DNA of 64,000 bases from Leucoraja erinacea (lineage: Eukaryota), in NCBI RefSeq assembly GCF_028641065.1, contig NC_073409.1, positions 7,254,001-7,318,000 on the forward strand. Direction: 5' to 3'. This document shows, piece by piece, positions 26,406 through 38,350 of this stretch (the first letter of the stretch is position 1; each line of letters starts with the position of its first letter). The notes below the pieces were generated by a model, which had not been told where the DNA came from, ran no database searches, and worked only from the letters and a program-made list of their open reading frames with translations. The translations under genes and the position numbers were made by a program.

Positions 26406-27711
26406 GTAACGTGGCGGGGAGAACGTTGTACAAGCCAAGGAGAGGTTTGGGTTCGTTTTGAGACACAGCGCGGAAACAGGCCCACGGAGTCCGCGCCGAC
26501 CCCGCAAACTAGCTCGAGCCTACACATTAGGGACAACTTACAATTTTTACTAAAACCAAGTAACCTATAAACCTGCACGCATTTTAGAGGGTTAGAAACT
26601 TAGAAACATAGAAAATAGGTGCAGTAGTAGGCCATTCGGCCCTTCGAGCCTGCACCGCCATTCAATATGATCATGGCTGATCATCCAACTCAGTATCCTG
26701 TACCTGCCTTCTCTCCATACCCCATGATCCCTTTAGCCACAAGGGCCACATCTAGCTCCCTCTTAAATATAGCCAATGAACTTGCCTCAACTACCTTCTG
26801 TGGCAGAGAATTCCAGAGATTCACCACTCTCTGAGTGAAAAATGTTTTTCTCATCTCGGTCCTAAAAGACTTCCCCCTTATCCTTAAACTGTGACCCCTT
26901 GTTCTGGACTTCCCCAACATCGGGAACAATTTTGGGAGGAAAGTGGGGAAACACAGATGCACACATTCGCGTATTGTAGTCACGGGGCTGACGAAACAAT
27001 GTTTAAATAGACAACAGGAAAAATTATTGAACTTTTTAATCCTTATTTTTTTGCTGAGCTGTTGCATTTAATGCCACCATAGAGTCGCAGAGTCCTATGT
27101 ATGACCTCAGGACATAGACCTATATCCTCCACCTATGTCCTCTGGTTCTCGATTCCCCTACTCTGGGCAAGAAACTCCGTGCGTTTACCCAATCTATTAT
27201 TTTCATGCTTTTGTACACCTCTCTAAGATCACCTTCTGCGCTCCAATGGAATAGAATGCTCAACCTCTCCCAATATCCCAGGCTCTCTTTGTCCTGGCAA
27301 CATCCTCGTATTTCTTCTCTGCGCCCTTTCCAAAGTATTTGTATCCATTGTGTATGCAAGCAATGAATCGCACTGTGCCCAGTCACGTGTGGCAATAAAA
27401 TATTCCGTTCCATATCATTCCAGTGTGTGGGGAACTGTGTGTATATCTCTTTGGCTGCACGCACCTGTACACGTGGGTGTGGTTGAGAAAGACTGTGTGC
27501 ACACGTGTGTGTGAGAGACTGTGTGCATGTGTGTGTGTGTGTGAGAGAGAGACAGAGGGAGAGAGAGGCTGCATGCATATGTGTGTGGGAGAGATATAGA
27601 CACAAGTGCTGGAGTAACTCCGCGGGTCAGACAGCATCTCTGGAGAAAAGGAACATGTGATGTTTCGGATGGGAACCCTTCCTCAGACTGTTTGATAGAA
27701 CGTGCGCACGT

Positions 27712-27974
27712 NNNNNNNNNNNNNNNNNNNNNNNNNNNNNNNNNNNNNNNNNNNNNNNNNNNNNNNNNNNNNNNNNNNNNNNNNNNNNNNNNNNNNNNNN
27801 NNNNNNNNNNNNNNNNNNNNNNNNNNNNNNNNNNNNNNNNNNNNNNNNNNNNNNNNNNNNNNNNNNNNNNNNNNNNNNNNNNNNNNNNNNNNNNNNNNNN
27901 NNNNNNNNNNNNNNNNNNNNNNNNNNNNNNNNNNNNNNNNNNNNNNNNNNNNNNNNNNNNNNNNNNNNNNNNNN
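27712..27974. other. Assembly gap (263 N) flanked by TG-rich microsatellite in RASL12 intron 3
   Basis: Run of N; (TG)n/(AG)n tracts at ~27435-27600 and 27975-28090. Confidence 0.99.
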
Positions 27975-28533
27975 TGTCAGTGTTTGTCTGGGTGTGTCCC
28001 TGTGTGTGTCTGTGTGTGTGTGTGTGTGTGTGTGTCTGGGTGTGGGGTGTGAAGGAGATTGTGTGCATGTGTGTGTAACAGAGACTGTGTGCATTCATAT
28101 CGCCGGGCAACGTAGCAGAAGACTGTTCGGCCCATTGAGTCGACGCTGGCTCCCAGAGAATTCCCATCAATCCCACTCTCCCATTTATTTTTCCTTCCGG
28201 GTATTCTCTCACCTATACCCATGAGATCTCTGGACTGCCCCACCTCCCATCCAAAGGAGCCAGTGAACCTTCCAACCAGCGCAACCTTGGGAAGTGGGAA
28301 GTGAAACCACCCGGGAACTGAATATAGTCGTAGGGAGAACGTGCAAACTCCACACTGACAGGTAGTGCTCCGGTACGGAGATCAGGGCCGAATTCGGGTC
28401 ACAGGAGGTGGGAGGCAGCAGCACTACCTGCTGTACCATGTTGTGGCCACGGGTAATTGTTCCTATATGTACATACGTTAGTGATGCTCTGCCCATAGAA
28501 TGATGAACCAGCATTGGCGTTTTGCAACTTTAG

Positions 28534-28724
28534 GGGAAACCCGTGAACTCTGAGCGATACCTGAGCTGGGCAAACGCCTTTGTCGTGGTCTACAGCATCG
28601 ACAATAGGAAGAGCTTCGAAGCGAGCCGGGATTATCTGGAGATCATTTGCAGCCACACCAAAGGACAGCCGCACGACTACCCCGTCACCCTGCTGGGGAG
28701 TAAGCTGGACATGGAGCGGTACAG
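28534..28724 (+). CDS. RASL12: RASL12 coding exon 4 (G4 reads SKLD)
   Basis: ctttag|GGG AAA CCC...TAC AG|gtaaga; GKPVNSERYLSWANAFVVVYSIDNRKSF...LLGSKLDMERY. Confidence 0.92.
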
Positions 28725-29687
28725 GTAAGAGGTGTCATGTGTAGGAAGGAACTGCAGACGCTGCTTTGAATCGAAGATAGACACAAGAAGCTGGAGTAAC
28801 CCAGCGGGTCAGGCAGCATCTCTGGAGAGAAGGAATGGGTGGCGTTTCGGGTCGAGACCCTTCTTCAGACTCCTCTCTCCAGAGATGCTGCCTGCCCTGC
28901 TGAGTTACTCCAGCTTTTTGTGTCCACTTTCGGTTTCAACCTTCCTCCGTTTATTTCAAACCATCTACATTCTAAGATCTTTCCTTTGGATTGCTTTGAT
29001 GTTTCACAATATTTTCAGGTATTTGATTTTTCTTAGGACTGTAAACTCCTCTCACCAGAGACTAACGTTTACTGTACCACTCTACTGCTTTTTTTTAAAT
29101 TGCTGTTTTATTCCCTTTTTCCTTGCGCCCACAATATTTAATATGTAAAAGAATATGTGATTCTGTTCCATTCTGTTTGTAGTTTGTTTGTTTGTCTTTG
29201 TGCACAAAGTCCGCGAGCATTGCCACTTTTCCTTTCATTGCATATCACGTGTGTGTATGTGAATAATAACATAGAAACATAGAAACATAGAAAATAGGTG
29301 CAGGAGTAGGCCGTTCGGCCCTTCGAGCCTGCACCGCCATTCAATATGATCATGGCTGATCATCCAACTCAGTATCCTGTACCTGCCTTCTCTCCATACC
29401 CCCTGATCCCTTTAGCCACAAGGGCCACATCTAACTCCCTCTTAAATATAGCCAATGAACTGGCCTCAATTACCTTCTGTGGAAGAGAATTCCAGAGATT
29501 CACCACTCTCTGTGTGAAAAATGTTTTCCTCATCTCGGTCCTAAAAGATTTTCCCCTTATCCTTAAACTGTGACCCCATGTTCTGGACTTCCCCAACATA
29601 AACTTGACTTGACTTGACTTAACATATAACGCTAATGCATTTTGAAAATCATCTCTCTCTTTCTCTCTCTCTCTGTCTGTTTTACAG

Positions 29688-30078
29688 GCAGGTGAGCAAG
29701 TCTGATGGTCTCTCGCTGGCAGCCAAGTACAACTGCTCCTTCAACGAAGTGTCCGCCTGCTCGGATTTCCCTCCTGTTCAGAATGTGTTCCATGAGTTGG
29801 TGCGTGAGGTGAGGCGGGAGACTGAGCGCCACCTTCCCGTCAGGCCGCTCTTTATTTCCGAAGACAAGCCCATGTCGGGCCTTCCCCACCCTCCTGCCTT
29901 CGCCCAAGCTGTTAAACACCACCCGCCTGCCTTCGGGACGCAGCGACTATCCACCGCCACCTACAAGGAAATCCCCACCATCACCTCAGCTAAACTCGTC
30001 ACCGTAAAGTCAGCAAGAGCCCAGAGCAAGCGGAGAACACCCACCCTCACTCTGCTGAAAGGATTCAAGATATTTTGA
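29688..30078 (+). CDS. RASL12: RASL12 last coding exon
   Basis: ttacag|G CAG GTG...; contains EVSAC (G5) and the RASL12-specific C-terminus AKLVTVKSARAQSKRRTPTLTLLKGFKIF*. The five exons sum to 840 nt (279 aa). Confidence 0.95.
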
Positions 30079-31111
30079 AAAAAACATTAATCGCCACACT
30101 GAATAGCAAACCTCAACGTAGCCAGCTGGGTCATATCAACCAGGTGGATCATGCATCGTGTGTAGGAAGGAACTGCAGATGCTGGTTTACACTGACGAAA
30201 GACACAAAATGCCGGAGTGACGCACCGGATCAGGCAGCATCTCTGGAGAGAAGGAACGAGTCGAGACCCTTCTTCACCCATTCCTTCTCTCCAGAGATGC
30301 TGCCTGCCTGCCTAACTCGCTGAGTTATCCCAGCATTCTGTGTCTATCTTCAGTCATGCATCTTGTTCCATGGTCGGTGAAAACGGCCACTGATTTTTAA
30401 TATCAACCAAAGTTTAACTGCAAAATGTGATCTTATCTTAACAATGTGTGGATTCAGATTGGAGTAAATGGGCCAAATGCTCACAGTGGTCACGTGTGCC
30501 TGCCTTTGACGATTGCCAGAGCTCTTTCGGCGAAAATAATTAGTTAGAAGAATATTTATTGCGGCCTCTGCTGCAGGAGTTGTCTACGAGAAGGGAGGAA
30601 TGTAGCAAATGCCCAGTAATCTGAAGAGCAGGGTCGGTGTCTGCGAGATGTCCACATGACTGTGGTAATGAGGATAGTGGAACAAGCTTGTCAAGGATCA
30701 CCATATGAAAATTATATTTATTTTCCAAAAATCAATATCATATTTTCCCGTATCCATAATGAAGACGTTGCTCAGAAGACCAATAAATTCATAAATGGGA
30801 CCGTTATCTTATCTAGTCAGGATCCAAGCAATACTGTTCTGATGATGATACAGTGAAGTAATGGTTGCGAACATTCTTCGAAGGAGACGATATTGATCTT
30901 CCTAAGGCAATGGTTGTTTGACAAAGGATAATCAGAACCGATTTCCTTCAATTTACCTTCAAAAGTTGTGGTAACAATGAGACCAGTGATAGGAAGTTCC
31001 AGAAACTAGCTCTGTAAAGTTGAAGGATCATTGAAAGATTTACAAGTCAGGATGTTATATAACTTGATTGGAAACTTGTAGTGAGGAATTTGTAAAATAC
31101 ATATCGCTTTC

Positions 31112-31126
31112 CCAATAGATGGCGCT
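31112..31126 (+). promoter_or_regulatory. Candidate CTCF site between the RASL12 and SLC51B 3' ends
   Basis: CCAATAGATGGCGCT matches CCASYAGRKGGCRS except at one position. Motif match only. Confidence 0.35.
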
Positions 31127-34100
31127 TACAGAACAGTCTTGCTCATAATTTGGTGATTGTTAGGTAGTAGTTTCACTTAAAAGTCACAAGGATATCCAAT
31201 ACAGAGAAAATAATTGTTCATATTTCTTGGATTGGGCTACAGGTTCACACTAGACAATTTGGGCAGCCTAAACTGTGCCAGAGACCCGGGTTCGATCCTG
31301 ACTACGGATGCTGTCTGTACGGAGTTTTGTGCATTCTCCCTGTGACCGCATCGGTTTTCTCCAGGTGATCCTGTTTCCTCAACACTCGAAAGACGTCCAG
31401 GATTTTAGCTTAATTGGCTTCGGATAAAAATGGCAAACTGTCCCTAGTGAGAGTGTATTGGGTGATCGCTGGTTGGCGCGGACTTGGTGGGCCGGAGGGC
31501 CTGTTTCCAAGTTGTATCTCTGAAGCCTAAAGTCCAAAAAATCTAAAGTCTAATTTTAGGCAACATCGGGCCAAATGTTTGCATGGCTGCCTGTAAAAGG
31601 TGATGACTTTGAAGATAAAAATAAGAAAATTGTTTCTGATATTCTTTGTTAAACAAACCACAATAATTAACCAAATAATCATGTATCAATTTATAATCCC
31701 CAATGAATAGTTTCCCCATGATAGTATTCTGAGCACAGCAGAAGATATCTATGAACTATCTTTCATTCATGGGTAACATAACACATTCATTTCTTCAATC
31801 ATACATTTTATCTGCAATATATATACTACATATGTAAGTTACTTTTGAGTAGAATAAATATATTAAAAACATTATCATCAATCATTCACAATAAAATGAG
31901 AGGGAAACAAAATATTACTTGACGATGTTGGATTAATAAACACTCTATATTGTCCGCTGGTTGTCATTCTGTGTACTTGTGGTTTGGCCTAAATTTCACA
32001 TCTCTTCTCAGCCCACGGCTGATACATACGTCACTTTATATATCAATGGCTAGTATTCTATTGTCCTGATGATCTTGGTGGAGATACTTCCTTACAGCTC
32101 TAGAGAACCCAAGTTTGATCCTGACAATGGGTGCTGTATGTACGGAGTTTGTACATTCTCCCTGTGACCGCGTGGGTTTTAGACCTAGACAATAGGTGCA
32201 GGAGTAGGCCATTCGGCCCTTCGAGCCAGCACCGCCATTCAATGTGATCATGGCTGATCATCCCCAAACAGTACCCCGTTCCCGCCTTCTCCCCATATCC
32301 CCTGACTCCGCTATTTTTAATAGCCCTATCTAGCTCTCTCTTGAAAGCATCCAGAGAACCGGCCTCCACCGCCCTCTGAGGCAGAGAATTTCACAGACTT
32401 ACCACTCTCTGTGAGAAAAAGTGTTTCCTCGTCTCCGTTCTAAATGGCTTACTCCTTATTCTTAAACTGTGGCCCCTGGTTCTGGAACCGGCCCCTGTTT
32501 CTCAGTGTGTTCCCGTTACCTCCCACATTCCAAAGACGTACAGGTTTGTAGGTTAATTGGTTTCGGTAAAATTGTGAAAAATTGTCCCCGGTATGAAGTA
32601 TATCACGGGGTCTGCACAGACTCGATGGGTCGAAGAGCCTGTATCTTCAAACTAAGGTAAAGCAAAAGCAATGGTGAATTGAAATCTTCAACGATGTTCA
32701 CAATTCAGAGATCAGGTCTGAGGTAGGTCAGAAATGACAGCAGACAGGTTCAATTATTGGATGTCTGGACTTTTGATCCAGTGCCACAATTTGGAATCCC
32801 ATCAGGATAGCTGGAGGATTTAAATTCATGTCATTAAATAAGTATGAATTTTAAATGGTAGCTACAAAGTTACGCCATTAGTTAAATAAAGACCTGTTTC
32901 ACTAACATTGTTCAGGCAAGGATATCTGCTGTCCTGGGCTCGCCTGGTTCACAAGAGACCCCGGCCCCACCAACAAGGTTCTGCCTTCACTGCCTCCTGT
33001 CTTTACTTTGGGAGATTATTAGCAATGGGCGATTACACCCAATCTGTCCCACAGTGTCCACAGTCCATGAACAACTATACGTTATCAAATACCGAGGAGA
33101 ATATTACGGTGTCAAAGCACACAGCGGATCAACCCCTACAAGCAACGTGCAAAATGTAAAAAAAAAATACTCAAAGTGCTGGAGTAACTAAACGGGTCCT
33201 CAGGCAACATCTCTAGAGAACATGGGCAGGAGACGTTTTAGGTCAAGACCTCAAATTTAAAGCAAAATGTAACACAGCCCAGTGAATTAGATCAAATATC
33301 ATGTACTTTTTCCCTAAAAAAGTCCATTCAGATGACCATTCCGCTAAGCGCTGCTCAATGTGGATTGAGCGGGTCCTTCTATCGATTCGATCGCTTGCTG
33401 CAAGGCTCACAGCTCAAGACTGCAGGGAAGCTGTAACACACCTCACCTTCCAAGACAGGAAGGGGGATAAATCAGCTGAGAGTCCCATACGTGATTCCTA
33501 ACCCTCGACATCTCTGGATGTTTTCTGAGGTCAGAATGAACCTTTAGGAAAAAGATAAGACTTGTGGAAGGCTATTAGTAATTTAACGTAAGTCATATTG
33601 ATTTATGACGACGTAGCAACATGTTCTTGGACTCGCTCTAGAATCAGGAGACTGTTCATCCCTTTCCTCATATTCTTTCAGGCTTCAGTTCCCTGTGGCA
33701 CTTAAACGCTCCCTGTGACAAGAACTAGTGGACACAGGTTTAAGGTGAGAGGGTAAAGATTTAAGGGGAACCTGAGGAGTGACTTTTTCCACACAGAGGA
33801 TGCTGCATATATGGAACGAGCTGCCAGAGGAAGCAGTTGACACAGCTACTATAACAAAATTCTCCATCGATGCTGCCTCACCCGCTGAGTTTCTCCAGCA
33901 TTTTTGTCAACCATTACAAAATGTAGAGACATTTGGACAGGTGCATGTATAGGGAAGGTTAGAAGGATATGGGCCAAATGCAGGCAGGTGGGAGCAGTGT
34001 AGATTGGGGCATGTTGGTCAGTGTGGGCAAGTTGGGTCGAAGGGCTGTCTCCGTGCTGTGTGACTATGACTGTTGATTCTTGGTATTGGGAAAATGATGC

Positions 34101-35696
34101 AACGTGGGTGTTAATTGAACTAACAGGATTAAGATCACACTCCCTATTCAATCACATGATATGCAGAAAAGAATACAAGAATACAAGAATACAAGAAAAG
34201 TTTATACCAAAGATAGACACAAAGTGCTGGAGTAACTCATCGGGTTAGGCAGCATCTCTGGAGCAATCTGAAGAAGGGTTCTGACCCATGACATCACTCA
34301 ACCTTTTTCTCATTAGAGGTTGTCTGAGTTATTCCAGCTCTGTGTCTATCAACACTTGATACTTGAGTTCAGCCACAACAGCTGTTGCATGTATTCTACC
34401 CACAGTGTAGGCAGCACCTGCACAGTGATGAATCAATGCCCCCACGTGGGCGTCTGAGTTATGGCCATCTTCTCAGGTAAGAGCTATAAGGTGAAACCTC
34501 AGCACCTTACATGCCATTGTGTGGTCTGTATGGTGTCACCAGTGATTTGGGTAGACATGCAGTTCTGCTATAACTCTAGTTTCCACACAATGAAATTAAT
34601 ATAACGTGAGCGAGGAATCAGGGAACACTATTTGCATTACGTGGCGTGAATTGGTTGGAATGTGATTTTGAAAAGGAACTAGGGAACGACTTGAAAGTTA
34701 CTTTGGAAATTGACAAATGTCTTGGATTTAAACAGTTTAGGGGGAAAAACTGCTTCCATGTAATGTCCCCACAGCAATCCGACATCATTGTGCCTTGAGA
34801 ACATAGTCCGTTGGTGGCCGTGTATTTGACAAGCAATAATTCTGTGGACACTTGGGCAACGATAATCTACTAAACAATGTAACACGCAACCTTTAGTTTA
34901 ATAACAATACATTTATAGATATTGAAAATCCTGTGGGAAAAGGGCTGGAATGAGTACAGAGGAGATTTACGAGGATGTTGCCAGGACTCGATGTCCTGAG
35001 CTATAGGAAGAGGTTGGGTAGGTTAGGATTCTATTCCTTGTGGTGTAGGAGGCTGAGTGGTGATCTTATAGAAGTGTATAATATCTTGACGGGAATAGAT
35101 AGGTTGAATGCACAGAGTCTTTTACCAAGAGTAGGGGGATCAAGAACCAGAGGGCATTGTTTAAGCTGAAAGGAAAAAGATTTAAGAGGAACCTGAAGGG
35201 CATTTTGTTCATACAGAGGGTGGTGGGTATTCGGAACAAGATGTTAGAGGAGGTAGATGAGCCAGGTATCATAACAACATTTAAACAACATTGGACAGGT
35301 ACATGGATAGGAAAGAGTTAGAAGAATCTGAGCCAAATGCGGACAGGTGGGAAGAGTGTAGACGTGGCATCTTGGTCGGCAGAGGCAAGTTGGACTGAAG
35401 GTCCTGTTTCCATGCTGTAAGACTCTTTTCTGCTTTATTTTATTAATCCTCATAGTCACAATCTTCCTTGGAATTAAGCATCGCCTTCAACTTGGTTTTC
35501 ATGCCAATTTTTATTTCCAAATCCTGAGTAAATTATGAATGATAATATTCCCAGCAATAATCCAATGCTTTACCCGCTTATCCCCACTCCATAAACCGAT
35601 TGTTACCTGATTATTTATAAAGAAACACTTATAAAGATATGTCAATAACTCTTGTAATGGAATGATTTAGGCCAACCACCCTCCTGTAGCTGGTTG

Positions 35697-35970
35697 CTAC
35701 ACATCATCTTCCTTGCTGTCGGTGTAAAGGAAGCCAATGTTTCCATCCTTCCATTCGACCAGGATCTGTCCTTCTTTTGGGAGGACCTTTGGAGATGAGG
35801 TCTGTGCCACCTGGTTCAGGGAGATGTACGTCGGCTTGCTCTGTAGCATCTGGTCTGTTTCAGCAAGATTGTCAACCTCAACAACATATTGCATCATTGC
35901 CTTCTGTGTAGAGTCTGCCTCCGTTTCATTCCTGCCCTCTGCTCCGTTCAATGCCTTCATCTTTCGTGAC
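35697..35970 (-). CDS. SLC51B: Organic solute transporter beta, last coding exon (cytoplasmic tail)
   Basis: atgcag|G TCA CGA AAG ATG...; RSRKMKALNG...EGQILVEWKDGNIGFLYTDSKEDDV* matches my recollection of skate Ost-beta. Confidence 0.92.
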
Positions 35971-36673
35971 CTGCATGTGGATAAGGGAGATTACTGAATA
36001 TTGCCCGCAAGTGCATGCCAGATGATATCCTCCCATTCGCAGGTCTGAACTGAACAGTTTCTCATTTTCTCTGCATGGTCTAATGAGTGAGACTTCTGTC
36101 TGGTCTCATTTTACACAAAGCTTTGTCTTAGAAACATCTGATCAAATTGCAGGAAATGTTATCGGATGTTGTGTGGTCTGGTCAGGAGGAGATTGGGAAG
36201 GGGATGTTTAAAGATGGAAAACACAGTACTATTATATTAATATGTAGCCCGACAATGACTTTGGGTATACAACTGGTGAAAGGGAAGATTAGGTCACATA
36301 CCAGGAAACATTTCTTGACAAATTGGTTGGTGACTTTTCAAATACTTTTCACGGAGAAAGAGAAATAGCTTTTGGTCAGTAAACCAGAAAGCTGTGTGAA
36401 GTTACAGTAGCTAACAATGGCGTGTTTCCTTTATCACGTAACTATTTAGCATATCTTTCATTCATTTGTTCCATATATCTCTACATCATCGTCTATATCT
36501 CTCGTTTCCCTTTCCCCCCGACTCTCAGTCTGAAGAAGGGTCTCAACGCAAAACGTCACCCATTCCTTCTCTCCAGAGATGCTGCCTGTCCCGTTGAGTT
36601 ACTTCAGCGCTAAACGTCTGAAAGTCAAAACTCCCAAGGGACACACGAGACAGAGCAGTGAGTTCTGACGTAC

Positions 36674-36764
36674 CTGTTAGCTCTGGAGTTTTGTGCCAGG
36701 ATGAGGAATGCCAGAAACAGAACCACAAATGCAAGGGCCAATATCGCATAGTTCCAGTTAGTGG
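36674..36764 (-). CDS. SLC51B: SLC51B transmembrane exon
   Basis: ctgcag|CC ACT AAC TGG...AAC AG|gtacgt; (P)TNWNYAILALAFVVLFLAFLILAQNSRANR carries the OST-beta WNY motif, a single TM helix and ANR. Confidence 0.93.
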
Positions 36765-38088
36765 CTGCAGGGAATAAAAGGAATTTCAGTCAGAACAGAC
36801 TAATATAACTGCAAACTGGAATCACTCATTAGAGTCATAGAGTGATACAATGTGGAAACAGGCCCTTTGCCCCAACTTGCCCACACCGGCCAACATGTCC
36901 CAGCTACACTAGTCACACTTGCCCGCGTTTGGTCCGTATTCCTCCAAACCTGTCCTATTCATGTACCTGTCTAACTGTTTCTTAAACGTTGGGATAGTCT
37001 CAGCCTCAACTACCTCCTCTGGCAACTCTTTCCATACACCCACCACCCTTAGTGTGAAAAAGTTACCCTCAGATTCCTATTAAATCTTTTCCCCTTCACC
37101 TTAAACCTGTGTCCTCTGGTCCTCGATTCATTGTAGCGGGTCCTGTTGGCAGCACACCTCATCGATCCTGCCAATAACTCGGCCTCTCCTTCTGGCAGAT
37201 ATGATGAACCTTGCTGACTTCCTATGCATTGGATTTGATGAAACTCATACCCCCCTTTCCTTGCTTGCTTGCTTGCTGCAGGTGTCAATGTATTCCTTAT
37301 ATACCAATAGCACAGAAATGAAGGGCTGAATGTAGTTGGTTATTGGCCTGATTGGTAATTTAATCTAATTGATGAGGGCAGCACAGTTGCACAGATGGTA
37401 GAGATGCTGCCTCACAGCGCCAGAGATCTGGGTTCTATCCTGACCTCAGATGCTGCCTGTGCGGAGTTTGCACAGTCTCCTTTTGATTCTGTGAGTTTCC
37501 ACCAGGTCTCCATGCCCTCCTACAACTGAATGCCATGCAAGTTTGTGGGTTACTTAGAAATACAGCATGGAAACATGCCCTACCGAGTCCGTGCAGACCA
37601 GCAATCCCCACATACCAGCACTAGGGACAATTTACGATATTTACCAAAGCCAAATTAACCTACAAACCGATCCGTCTTTAGAGTGTGGGAAGAATCCAGA
37701 GCACCCGGGGAAAATCATGGGGAGAACGTACAAACTCCATACAGACAGCACCTGTGGTTAGGATGGAACCTGCCGCTGTAAAGCAGCAACTCTACTGGGA
37801 ATAGTATTTAAAAATCTCTGAGTACCAGGTGGTATTCAAGGGGAACCAGTTGGCTAGTCTAAATGAGTTGGCTAGTCTAAATGAGACAGGTGTGGAGGGG
37901 TGCTGGTAAAATATGACTGTAAAGGGCATGTCCCACTTTCATGACCTCTGCCAAGTTTGACCTTGACTCATCCTCGCAGCATGGTCGTCACAAAGTCATA
38001 TTTTCTAATGTGTGTAAGTTTTGATCACTCAATCCTAGTAAAAGTAAATCATATACAAACGAAAGAAACAGAGTCCAAGTACACTTAC

Positions 38089-38214
38089 GATCTTCCATCA
38101 GAAAGGATAACTGCTGAGCTAATGTACTGTTCCGTTCTCCAGTCATGTTCTGCTTCCCGATGCCAATTGTCTCATGTGGTTTGCTGATTGTTGCTGATGT
38201 CATATGTGTCTTGC
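38089..38214 (-). CDS. SLC51B: SLC51B ectodomain (stalk) exon
   Basis: gtaaag|GC AAG ACA CAT ATG...GAA GAT C|gtaagt; 126 nt, phase 1-1; (G)KTHMTSATISKPHETIGIGKQNMTGERNSTLAQQLSFLMED, with N-glycosylation sequons NMT and NST. Confidence 0.9.
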
Positions 38215-38350
38215 CTTTACATTGAAAGGAGATACCAGGAAATATGCATTAGTATTTTATATTTGCATATGTTCAAAGCCACAACGTGATCTGTTGTGAA
38301 TCACTCGTCTGTTGTTTCTTTTACTTCGTAAATATTTACATAATTAGTTA

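Noticed and set aside
27415-28243. ORFs spanning the N run
   Set aside because: Artefacts of the assembly gap and TG/CA microsatellites.
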